Made by a program: the position numbers and the translations under genes
IMG/VR virus record: IMGVR_UViG_3300037339_000380
Coordinates: 2,844 to 66,843 of that record
Strand: one strand, 5' to 3'
Source: a virus
DNA: 64,000 bases
In this document: one piece after another, positions 18,333-27,700 of the stretch
Numbering within the stretch: the stretch's first letter is position 1
Layout of the letters: every line of letters starts with the position of its first letter
Notes under the pieces: generated by a model
Told to the model about the DNA's origin: nothing
Database searches by the model: none
Seen by the model: only the letters and a program-made list of their open reading frames with translations

Positions 18333-19273
18333 TGATTAAATCACTCAAAATAAAGAACTTTCAAAGTCATGCTCAAACAGAACTTAACTTTTCCAAAGGA
18401 GTCAATGTCATCATTGGAGAAACAGATGCAGGAAAAACGGCGATTATACGAGCTTTGCGTTGGCTTATTTGGAACCGACCATCTGGAGATTCCATCCGTT
18501 CTAATTGGGGGGGAGACACATCTGTTGAGCTTACCATCAAAGACAATATCATTCGTAGGGATAAAGATAAAAAGGATTCATACGTGTTGGTTAATACCAA
18601 CGGGAAAGATATTACATTTAAGGCTATTGGTACTTCAGTTCCGGAGGAAATCAAAAGTGTTCTTAATATCAACGAAGTAAATCTACAAACTCAATTAGAA
18701 CCTCATTTTCTGTTGAGTAAAACATCAGGGGAAGTTGCCCAATACTTCAATAAAGTTGCTAAACTTGACATTATTGACAGAACAACTGACAACATCAATA
18801 AAGCTATACGTGATTTAAAATCTGACATCAAGTACAAAGAGAATGATATAAAATCAGAGAAAGAGGAAATAAAGAAATTTGATTACCTTGATAAGATGGA
18901 AGCTGAGATTGAGGTATTAGAGGATATTGACAATCATTTAACCAGTGTCAAAAACAAATATAGAAAACTACAAGAACTGGTTGCCTCAGTCAAAACAACA
19001 GAAAATAAAATAGTAAAAGCCTCCCAGAGTTTAAAGATGGAAAAGAAGGTAAACGTGTTGTTACAATTATACAAGGACAAGAAAAACGTAGAGAGGGATA
19101 AAATGCTGTTAAATCAGGCAATTTCTACTATAAACAGTACAACTGTATCCCTTAAAAACAATGAGGCAAGACACACACGATTGCTTGCCCTGTTTCAAAA
19201 GAACTTTCCTGATATTTGTCCTCTTTGCGATCAACCTGTAAAACATAAACATGGAAAGAACGAAAGTAAATAG
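18332..19273 (+). CDS. sbcC: SbcC/Rad50-like ATPase, N-terminal half
   Basis: IKNFQSH, Walker A GETDAGKT, Q-loop and coiled coil ending in a CPLC zinc hook. Confidence 0.9.
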   Translation: MIKSLKIKNFQSHAQTELNFSKGVNVIIGETDAGKTAIIRALRWLIWNRPSGDSIRSNWGGDTSVELTIKDNIIRRDKDKKDSYVLVNTNGKDITFKAIGTSVPEEIKSVLNINEVNLQTQLEPHFLLSKTSGEVAQYFNKVAKLDIIDRTTDNINKAIRDLKSDIKYKENDIKSEKEEIKKFDYLDKMEAEIEVLEDIDNHLTSVKNKYRKLQELVASVKTTENKIVKASQSLKMEKKVNVLLQLYKDKKNVERDKMLLNQAISTINSTTVSLKNNEARHTRLLALFQKNFPDICPLCDQPVKHKHGKNESK

Positions 19274-20222
19274 TAAGCAAATATTAAAAATACGAGAAAG
19301 GCAACATGAAGTAATTGCCCAAATTCCTGATGAAATTTTATTTGGGCATAAGGCAAAAAAGAAACCTGACTTGATACTTACAAGTGACTGGCACCTTCGG
19401 GAAGATACACCTACCTGTTTTACAGGAGATTGGAATTATGAGCAATGGAAAGCCGTAGAATTTGTCAGACATTTGCAATATAAATATAAAAGCCCTGTAA
19501 TCCATGCCGGTGATTTATTTCATCATTGGAAACCTTCTCCTGCTCTTATATCACAGGCTTTGTTCTTCTTACCAAATGATTTTTATACTATCTACGGACA
19601 ACATGACCTTCCTCAACATAACTGGGAATTAAGAACAAAGAGTGGATTACATACTTTAGAAGTAGCAGGTAAGATAAAAGTATTAAAGGGATATCATTAC
19701 GGGCAACCTATTTATACAGGTGCTGGAAGTGATAACAGATTTGGTATAAAAATGCTTGTTTGGCATCATCTAACATACATTAACCCACCTTTCCCAGGAG
19801 CAACAGGAGGAGAAGCACAATCTATATTAAGAAAATATCATCAGTTTGATTTAATAGTAACTGGAGACAACCATCAATCATTTTCTACCAGAAATGTTAA
19901 TAACACTCTTGTTAATCCTGGCAGTTTAACCCGTCAAACGGCAGATCAGATAGACTTTAAACCAAGGGTTTACTTATGGTACGCTGATACAAATACCGTA
20001 GAACCCGTATTCATACCGATACAAAAAGGAATGATTACTCGTGAACATATTGAAAAAAAAGAGGAAAGAGATAATCGTATCGAAGCATTCATAAGTAAAT
20101 TAGATGAAGAATGGGGTTTATCCTGGTCTTACCCAGAAACGTTAGAACAGTTCTTTGCGAAGAATAAAACGAAGGATTCAATTAAAAACATCATTTATAA
20201 AGCAATGGAAAATGTAACTTAA
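19251..20222 (+). CDS. sbcD: SbcD/Mre11-like metallophosphoesterase nuclease
   Basis: SDWH, AGDLF, GQHD, HH, GDNH and NPGSL.R. Confidence 0.9.
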   Translation: MERTKVNSKQILKIRERQHEVIAQIPDEILFGHKAKKKPDLILTSDWHLREDTPTCFTGDWNYEQWKAVEFVRHLQYKYKSPVIHAGDLFHHWKPSPALISQALFFLPNDFYTIYGQHDLPQHNWELRTKSGLHTLEVAGKIKVLKGYHYGQPIYTGAGSDNRFGIKMLVWHHLTYINPPFPGATGGEAQSILRKYHQFDLIVTGDNHQSFSTRNVNNTLVNPGSLTRQTADQIDFKPRVYLWYADTNTVEPVFIPIQKGMITREHIEKKEERDNRIEAFISKLDEEWGLSWSYPETLEQFFAKNKTKDSIKNIIYKAMENVT

Positions 20223-20234
20223 AAATTTAAAACT

Positions 20235-20519
20235 ATGAATGAAGAAGCAGGAAACTCAGAAAAAGACTTTAGAAGTCTTATCAGTCAAATGGCTATTTTT
20301 AGTGATACAAGGGACAAAATGATCGATGAAATAGATGACATTTTGGATCGTCTAAAAAGAAATAGAAGACCTTCTGTTTCTGATGCAGTAAAACAAGCAC
20401 AAGGCAAAGACTTGGAACAACCCGATGTTGTTACTCAAATCAGGACACTAATCCATAAGATGGATGTGGCGAACGAAAGACTTCAAGCAATCAGTAACAG
20501 GATTAATGAATTAGCATAA
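20235..20519 (+). CDS. Hypothetical coiled-coil protein
   Basis: ORF within the operon. Confidence 0.6.
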   Translation: MNEEAGNSEKDFRSLISQMAIFSDTRDKMIDEIDDILDRLKRNRRPSVSDAVKQAQGKDLEQPDVVTQIRTLIHKMDVANERLQAISNRINELA

Positions 20520-20869
20520 TGAAAGCAAAAATCGTTAATTTAATCATTAGTGCAGGATGGCACGAAGGGGAACTGTCTGTTGCCGATGACATTCAAGCAT
20601 TGTTTTCTGACGAGATAAGTAATCTCAAAAGGAAATTACGGGAAGCAGAAGATATGATTAAAACATTGTCAAAGAATGTACCTGTTAAACCTTTACCTGA
20701 ACCTGTAGTGATTCCATCAGCATTAGAGTTCTTACAAATCTTTAGTCTCACAACGCAAAGAGAAATGTACTTCAACAATATGTTGACAAGAACTTGGGCA
20801 ACTGAAGCCATGGAACATTATGTATCAAGTTATTTTCAATATAATGTACCTCTCAAAAAGGAGGAATAA
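20519..20869 (+). CDS. Hypothetical protein
   Basis: TAATG-coupled ORF. Confidence 0.6.
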   Translation: MKAKIVNLIISAGWHEGELSVADDIQALFSDEISNLKRKLREAEDMIKTLSKNVPVKPLPEPVVIPSALEFLQIFSLTTQREMYFNNMLTRTWATEAMEHYVSSYFQYNVPLKKEE

Positions 20870-21054
20870 TGTCTGAAAAAGAACTAATACGAATAATTGA
20901 TTTATTCTTAAAAGTAGAATATTCATTGGGAGTTTATGAAGGAGTAGAATCAGCTTATTATCTATCTGAGGAGGATGGTAAAGAATTAAATATTTTAATT
21001 AAAAAGTATCAACATGACAGAAAAAGACTTACTGGAATTGAAAGAACAGATTGA
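20869..21054 (+). CDS. Small hypothetical protein
   Basis: TAATG-coupled ORF. Confidence 0.5.
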   Translation: MSEKELIRIIDLFLKVEYSLGVYEGVESAYYLSEEDGKELNILIKKYQHDRKRLTGIERTD

Positions 21055-21247
21055 GGATGCAAAAACAGAAACCTCAGAACTGAAAGGACATCTAAAGGCT
21101 CAAATGAAACAGTTGAAAGATACTTGGAAGTGTAACACAGTCAAAGAAGCCGAGAAAATGTTAGTGCAAATGGAAAAATCCATTAAATCGTATAATGAAA
21201 GTATTGAACAAGGATTAAAAGAACTGGAGGAAGAACATGGATCGTAG
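21014..21247 (+). CDS. Small coiled-coil protein, possibly a partner of the split SbcC
   Basis: Heptad-rich throughout. Confidence 0.6.
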   Translation: MTEKDLLELKEQIEDAKTETSELKGHLKAQMKQLKDTWKCNTVKEAEKMLVQMEKSIKSYNESIEQGLKELEEEHGS

Positions 21248-21857
21248 AAACTTTTTTAAAGGAATGTTTGGTGCAGCGGTAGTAGCCTTTATGCCAAAAA
21301 TTGTGGTTGAGCAAATAGAGAAAGTTCCAATAAATGAAATAACACCAGTACCCGTACTTAAAAAACCTAAGCAAGTAATATTTCATCTAGGTGAGAAATG
21401 TATGTACTTGTATGATGACAATCAATTAATTGCTGGTTCTACTCTATTTGATCTTGAATTCCAACGAAAAGTAATATCCCTCCCAACATGGGAAGGATAT
21501 GATCAATATGTTATGGGGGAATCAGAATGGAAAATAGCCGTAGAACAATTACGTTGGTTTAATTCTGAAACAGGATTACGTTATTTTGAAGAGAGTAAAC
21601 CATTGAAATGTGTCATTCATTACAAAGGCACAGAGTATATGGGGTATGTTCTTATAACAGAGTGCAGACTCTCTTGTGGTATTGATACTCCTATTCAAGA
21701 AGATGTAATGCTAACAGGGACAGGATCATTAATAATGACAACAAAAGATGAACAATTGGATTCAAGCGTACAGAAACAAATTGGAGAGAGCAAAGGGTCA
21801 GTTAATGCAATTGGAAAGCTCTATAACAACTCTCCAAGAGGACTTAAAGGAAAATAA
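21237..21857 (+). CDS. Twin-arginine signal peptide fused to a tail-tube-like domain
   Basis: MDRRNFFK plus a hydrophobic stretch; EGYDQYVMG..EWKI and YMG.VLITE......D.....V.LTGTG resemble siphovirus major tail proteins. Confidence 0.6.
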   Translation: MDRRNFFKGMFGAAVVAFMPKIVVEQIEKVPINEITPVPVLKKPKQVIFHLGEKCMYLYDDNQLIAGSTLFDLEFQRKVISLPTWEGYDQYVMGESEWKIAVEQLRWFNSETGLRYFEESKPLKCVIHYKGTEYMGYVLITECRLSCGIDTPIQEDVMLTGTGSLIMTTKDEQLDSSVQKQIGESKGSVNAIGKLYNNSPRGLKGK

Positions 21858-22377
21858 AAGGAGTTTGATTAGGCATGAAAAGGCTCATGTTATTGTACGA
21901 GAAGTAGGTATAAGAACGCAAGAACAATTACAATATCATATATCAGACATAACCAGTCTGGCTCTTGAAGCAGTATTCAACGATCCTTATAACCTGACTG
22001 TTGAATTTGTGCAAAGGCGCAACAAAACAGAATGTGATTTGTACTTTGTCCGGAAAGACGAGAAAGTAGATCCTGTCTCCGCTTCCGGAGGTGGAGCTGT
22101 TGACGTTGCGTCCTTTGCTTTAAGAATAGCCAGTTGGAATATGTTACATCCAAAAACAAGAAATGTAATGTTACTGGATGAGCCTTTTAAGCATTTGAAA
22201 GGAGTAGATGCAAACCAACGGGTACTGAATATGATTAACGAAATATCCCGTAAGATGAAATTACAAGTGATTATGATTAGTGATGAAAGGATACCACGGG
22301 AGGATATAATAGCTTCAGCTGATCGGGTATTTGAAGTAACAATTAAAAACGGTAAAAGTAAAGTGGAGGTAATATGA
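21748..22377 (+). CDS. sbcC: SbcC/Rad50-like ATPase, C-terminal half
   Basis: Coiled coil, then signature ASGGG, ALRIA and Walker B LLDEPFKHL. Confidence 0.9.
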   Translation: MNNWIQAYRNKLERAKGQLMQLESSITTLQEDLKENKRSLIRHEKAHVIVREVGIRTQEQLQYHISDITSLALEAVFNDPYNLTVEFVQRRNKTECDLYFVRKDEKVDPVSASGGGAVDVASFALRIASWNMLHPKTRNVMLLDEPFKHLKGVDANQRVLNMINEISRKMKLQVIMISDERIPREDIIASADRVFEVTIKNGKSKVEVI

Positions 22378-22634
22378 AAACATTATTTATTCTTATTTGT
22401 TTTATTCTATTTTCCTGTACCAAATCGTCAACAGATACAGGAACTAATTGCTACCTTTGTAGGGCAACCTGTACAGGAAGTGGTTACTGCCCAGCACCAG
22501 AAGAAGCTCAAATTTGTGATAGAACATCAGAAGAAATAAAACAATTAGAACAATCTGGAACACGTACTTACACCTTAGAAGAAAATGGAAAAACGGTGAC
22601 AATCATAAAAACTCTAATATGTAAAAAACAATAA
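22374..22634 (+). CDS. Cys-rich lipoprotein
   Basis: MKTLFILICFILFSC lipobox and six further Cys. Confidence 0.7.
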   Translation: MKTLFILICFILFSCTKSSTDTGTNCYLCRATCTGSGYCPAPEEAQICDRTSEEIKQLEQSGTRTYTLEENGKTVTIIKTLICKKQ

Positions 22635-22636
22635 TT

Positions 22637-22906
22637 ATGACAGAGAAAATAATTGAGATACTGACGAATTATTTTGGATGGCAGAGAAAGGAATCAATTA
22701 ATAAATCTGCCTCTGAAATCGAATCTCTTATCAAAGAGAATTATGTTGAAAAGGGATTTGTGGAATGGTTAAAAGAAAACTGTGATACACTAAATGTAAG
22801 CGAATCTATTAATCCTAAGTGGGTATGGGAAATAAGAGACAGAGTATTAGGTTATGATTCCAAACACCTTTATCAATACTGGTTCACAAACATTAAAGAT
22901 AAATAA
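22637..22906 (+). CDS. Hypothetical protein
   Basis: ORF within the operon. Confidence 0.6.
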   Translation: MTEKIIEILTNYFGWQRKESINKSASEIESLIKENYVEKGFVEWLKENCDTLNVSESINPKWVWEIRDRVLGYDSKHLYQYWFTNIKDK

Positions 22907-22909
22907 GCC

Positions 22910-23050
22910 ATGACAACCACAGAAAGACAATACATCGAGAAGCTGAAAGAGGAACTATATAAATTAAGACAATGGCTTATAGATGAACATAAAATAATTA
23001 TTGGAACTTATTTTATTGATGAATACTTAAAACATATAACCAATGGATAA
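22910..23050 (+). CDS. Small hypothetical protein (46 aa, not in the track)
   Basis: MTTTERQYIEKLKEEL...; fills the gap. Confidence 0.4.
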   Translation: MTTTERQYIEKLKEELYKLRQWLIDEHKIIIGTYFIDEYLKHITNG

Positions 23051-23222
23051 TCTGACACTTAAAACATCTGAGGAGTGGTATTTAGAATATCCTCTTCAGA
23101 TTATTGATCCTGATGGATGGGATAAAATTCACTTTCAGTACTCTTGGTATGAAGAACTAATAACATTCAAAGAGTTTGATGAAAGAGCAATGAGATCAAC
23201 CTGTATACATAAAAAACCGTAA
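23043..23222 (+). CDS. Small phage protein (59 aa, not in the track)
   Basis: KTSEEW...IIDPDGWD..FQYSWYEELIT..EF..R...ST, a pattern I recall from other phage ORFs. Confidence 0.7.
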   Translation: MDNLTLKTSEEWYLEYPLQIIDPDGWDKIHFQYSWYEELITFKEFDERAMRSTCIHKKP

Positions 23223-23223
23223 A

Positions 23224-23433
23224 ATGATAGCAGTATTCTCACAAACAGAGTCTGATTATAGATTTATCTTAGAATTAACTCCATCCAAAATGTTTATTAG
23301 AATAAGAGATGTAAATGATATTAGAGGACGTACATTTACAGGTATTGTTAGAACATATAGATGGTGGCTTAATAAAGAAGCTGAATATGCTTATGATGTT
23401 TTACGAACACGTCAACCTGAATTATTTGATTAA
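23224..23433 (+). CDS. Small hypothetical protein
   Basis: ORF within the operon; ends QPELFD. Confidence 0.6.
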   Translation: MIAVFSQTESDYRFILELTPSKMFIRIRDVNDIRGRTFTGIVRTYRWWLNKEAEYAYDVLRTRQPELFD

Positions 23434-23436
23434 ATA

Positions 23437-23811
23437 ATGATCCAATCAGAGGTAATAAATAAGCTCGCCCGTGAATGCTGTCTAGCGTTAGGAGACTTCG
23501 ATCACTTTACCACTGTCCATACCTATATTCAAATGGCCTTATCTATTGGTATAGAGCATTACACAAAGGACATGGAAGAGATTGTGGCTATGTATAGGGA
23601 CGGAGTAGAAGCAGGAAGGTTTAAAAGTATTCGTGAAGCAGAACGTAAATTAGGCATTGATCGTAGAAATATAAATCAAGTATTACGAGGAGCTGCACAT
23701 TCTGCCGGAGGGTTGATATTTATAAAAACCAAAGACTATGAACTCATTGAACGTAAAAAAGAGAGAGGGCAATCCGTACCCCCTCTCTACCTGACACAAA
23801 CTCAAACCTAA
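23437..23811 (+). CDS. NUMOD1-type HTH DNA-binding protein
   Basis: RFKSIREAERKLGI...NI..VL.G...SAGG..F. Confidence 0.75.
   Translation: MIQSEVINKLARECCLALGDFDHFTTVHTYIQMALSIGIEHYTKDMEEIVAMYRDGVEAGRFKSIREAERKLGIDRRNINQVLRGAAHSAGGLIFIKTKDYELIERKKERGQSVPPLYLTQTQT
23755..23788 (-). terminator. Intrinsic terminator ending the late (-) transcript
   Basis: Stem AGAGAGGG/CCCTCTCT (23762-23769 and 23781-23788) followed on the - strand by a U6 tract; lies where the two strands converge. Confidence 0.7.
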
Positions 23812-23828
23812 CCTAACCCCAAGAAAAA

Positions 23829-24404
23829 CTATTTGAATTTGAACAACGTTCCTCCTACTTTTACAGTCATACCTTCCAATCCAAAATTATATCCTACCCC
23901 ACCATTCCAATTTGGTGAGATATAATTTATTTCAATTCCAGTATAATCCAAGTCTTTCAGTAAAAAGTTCATACCCGCGGTTATGTATCTGCCGTAGGCA
24001 TAGTCAGTATATTCATTATGTATTACTGTTTGAGGTCTGAGAATTTTGTAGGTAAAGACATTACTTATAGGCTGATTTTGTGAGATGACATCTTTTATTA
24101 ATACTGACAAAGAACTGTCTTGCCACGATCTTTCATAGTAGTGCATGGCAAAATAATCCTTCAGTATTGCTGCCGTATCAACATCTCTAAATAACGTATC
24201 ATATACTATTGAATCCTTCCCAGCAAGATAATAAGGTATCGTATCAGGAATGTAGTAAGAAACAGTATCCGTAATGACAACGGTGTCAGAGGCGATGTCA
24301 GGGCATTTGTTAAGCCGTGGGTACATAGTATAACCTACGTACCCACAGCCTAGCAGGGCTATGATTACAAGCCCTACCACAATATAGTTAGCTGTCTTTC
24401 CCAT
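23829..24404 (-). CDS. N-terminally anchored membrane protein (spanin-like or other envelope protein)
   Basis: N-terminal TM, many D-T/S-hydrophobic motifs and a beta-rich aromatic C-terminus. Confidence 0.6.
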   Translation of the reverse strand: MGKTANYIVVGLVIIALLGCGYVGYTMYPRLNKCPDIASDTVVITDTVSYYIPDTIPYYLAGKDSIVYDTLFRDVDTAAILKDYFAMHYYERSWQDSSLSVLIKDVISQNQPISNVFTYKILRPQTVIHNEYTDYAYGRYITAGMNFLLKDLDYTGIEINYISPNWNGGVGYNFGLEGMTVKVGGTLFKFK

Positions 24405-24696
24405 TACGTTCTAAAATTTCCCAACATTGTCCCATTACCAGCGGTGGACTTGTCTTTCCGATACACTTTTTGATTAAAGTGATATCTTCAACTTTCAGTT
24501 CCAGAGTGTCTTTTGCATCCCTTACCTTTTTAAAGACTTCATACTTCTCCCACTTCTTTTTGTCATCATCACCTTGTTCCGGTGTAAGAAGTGCATTGAT
24601 ACAAATGTCTTTAAAAGTAAGGGGTACACCCTTATCACCTTTGAGTACTTCTACTCCATCAACTCCTTTGAGTTTTTCATTAATTTTAATTTTCAT
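24388..24696 (-). CDS. Small protein downstream of the tail fibre (possible fibre chaperone)
   Basis: K.E.YE..KK.......EL..EDI.LIK..IGK...PLV.GQ.W..LE pattern; position. Confidence 0.6.
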   Translation of the reverse strand: MKIKINEKLKGVDGVEVLKGDKGVPLTFKDICINALLTPEQGDDDKKKWEKYEVFKKVRDAKDTLELKVEDITLIKKCIGKTSPPLVMGQCWEILERNGKDS

Positions 24697-24743
24697 CTTG
24701 ATTAATTTTTGTTGTTAATAAATAAAAAATATTTGATTGATTA

Positions 24744-27700
24744 TCAAACTGCTGCGTAACTTAATTTTCCTGTTGAAGGATTATATCTTACAACATATAC
24801 ATCTTCTGAATCGGCTTCTGGTAAGTACCCTGCACTTCCCGAACCAAAATATACATCACCACGTAATCCTGCTCCGTTAGGTGCACCACCATATATATAA
24901 ACGTTACCACCTGCATTATCCCCCGTTCCATAACCAGCACCTGCATAAATAGAAAGATTGTATCCTGTTGGATGAGAAGAATACCCTGCTACACAATAAA
25001 TAGAATAATCCTTATAATAATTATCAAATGCTAAATTATATCCTAAACTAATTCTGGTAGAATTTATATTAAGATGATCACTTCCTAAATATATACTTCC
25101 CGTGCCTTTAGCTGAAATAGATAAATTAATATTAGAAGGACTTCCAGCACATTGAATACTTCTTGCTGTTGACACTGTACTATTATCCCCTAAATAAATT
25201 GTATGTGTTTGAGAGGCTTCATAACCTTCACCAGAAATTAAATAAATAAATCCCCCCACAGAACCTGAATCCCCCCATATAGCATTACCTGCTCTTAAAT
25301 ATACATTACCACCATCAGTACCAGCACTACCACTCGCATCCCCTGCTTGTACCGTTAAATGCTTTAATGATCCATCAGGTCTGTAAATTGTATTATCCTT
25401 GATATAAATATCATCAACAATGATTCCTGTTCCCGTACTTGATATTGGAGTGATAAAGTCATCAGTAGTTTCTTCCCATAAACTACCACCACCCTCCGGC
25501 AAGGCAAACCAACCCTTTGTACCTGTTCCATCAGTTCCGTAGTATTGACTGTTGCCTGGTGTATCAGAATCATTATCAAGAGTAACTGTACCACCGGATT
25601 CAGCCAGTGACATACTGAAGGTATAGGTAGTTCCAGGTATTCCACTTGTTGGTCCGTATGATAATAAACCTGTAGTTGTGTTATAATAAACTACATTGGT
25701 ATCTGATGTAACTACTGGTAAAGTTGCTATACTTGATCCATTACCAAAATAAATATATCCACGATGTCCTGTACCTACTCCTGCTCCACCATATAAATAA
25801 AGATTACCTCCAGAATAACTTGTTGTTATAGTATCCCCCCCTCTAAAAGTTAAATCTCCACCATTACTACCAACTACACCCATACCAACAATCTGACCAA
25901 TTGTAGAATTAAAAGTTACACTCTGATAAAGTGAAATATTCCCTGTAAAAGTTGATAAATTAGAACTGGTTATACCAAACGTTGTCCCCCCTGCTCCTTT
26001 AGGTCTAAAATATAAACTTACATTTGTTGAACTACCTGTTGCTTGTAAATAAATACCTGCTCCTGCAAAAGAAGCATTTCCAAAATAAATAATACTGTTA
26101 CTTATTGCTTGATAAGGGGAACCAGGAACCAAATAAAGATACCCTGATGTTGAATTTACATCACCCCATACAGCATCACCAGCCTTTAGTGTTAAATCCC
26201 CACCATCATTAGTAGCACCTACTGCATCCCCTGCCTGTACAGTTAAATGGTTTAGATGTCCATCAGGTCTATAAATGCTATTGTCCTTGATGTAAACATC
26301 ATCAACAATAATACCCGTTCCCGTACTTGATACTGGTGTAATGAAATCATCCGTGGTTTCTTCCCATAAACTACCACCACCCTCCGGCAAGGCAAACCAA
26401 CCCTTTGTACCTGTTCCATCAGTTCCGTAGTATTGACTGTTGCCTGGACTGTCTTCATCATTGACTAAGGTTACAGAATCATCACTTGCCTGGTCTATGG
26501 ACATACTGAACGTGTAACCTCCTGGACTACCTGGTTCACCAACATATCCGTAACTTAATAATCCAGTGCTTGTATTGTAATATACAACATAGGTTTCAGT
26601 AGTTGCTGCTGGTAAATACCCTGCACTACCTGAACCTATGTAAACGTCCCCCCTAATACCTGTACCATTTGGAGTACCTCCATAAATATAAACATTACCT
26701 CCGGCATTATCACCTATACTATATGCTGCACCCCCCCTAACTGTTATATGATAACCTACAGGATGTCCTGCTGAACCACCACCTCCAGTAATCATACTAT
26801 CTTGTGCTGAAAAATAAATATCCTTGTAACAGGTCAACCTACTATATACAAAGACATTTGAAGAACTGTTTAGATAAATAAATGTAGGATTACCATCACC
26901 AATATAAATATTACCACTTCCTTTTCCATAGAATTGCAATCCTACATTAGTCTCTGATCCCATGGCTCTAAAGGCAATATTAACTCCTTTATAATTTGAA
27001 TCTCCAAAATAAACAGTACCATAATTGGCTGAACTATATCCACTACCAGGAACCAAATAAAGATTTCCTGAAAGGGAACCTGAATCACCCCATACAGCAT
27101 TACCCGCTTTTAGTGTCAAATCACCACCATCATTGGTAGCACCTACTGCATCCCCTGCCTGTACAGTTAAATGGTTTAGATGTCCATCAGGTCTATAAAT
27201 GCTATTGTCCTTGATGTAAACATCATCAACAATAATACCCGTTCCCGTACTTGATACTGGTGTAATGAAATCATCCGTGGTTTCTTCCCAAAGTGTATCC
27301 CCACCTGGAGTAAATGCTACTTCTTCTATTGCTGTAACTCTGCCTTTCACGTCAACCGTAACCATTGGAATATGAGTAGCATCACCGTACTGCCCTACTA
27401 CCAGACCAGGGATTGTTACCAATTCAGTAATCACTGGACTACCTGTCAATCCTGATCCGTTTACATCCCCCATCAATTCTATGGACTGTTGAATAACAGG
27501 TTGTTCAATATTAATTTCAAGTTTGATATAATCCAAATAAATACCATCGTAACTACCACCCCCTGTACGCAACCAAGTAAGACGTACTTGATTAAAAGCA
27601 TCATCGTACCATGTCAAAGCTGATATAGATACTCCTATGTTTTGCCAAGCTGTACTTGTACGATCAAAACTCAAAGTATATTGATTAGTAACCGGAACAC

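Noticed and set aside
23437-23811. Homing endonuclease
   Set aside because: Only the NUMOD1-like DNA-binding part is present; there is no HNH or GIY-YIG motif
25336-27290. Tail-fibre repeats as a diversity-generating retroelement TR/VR pair
   Set aside because: All copies are in-frame coding modules, the differences do not look adenine-specific, and no reverse transcriptase is present in the window
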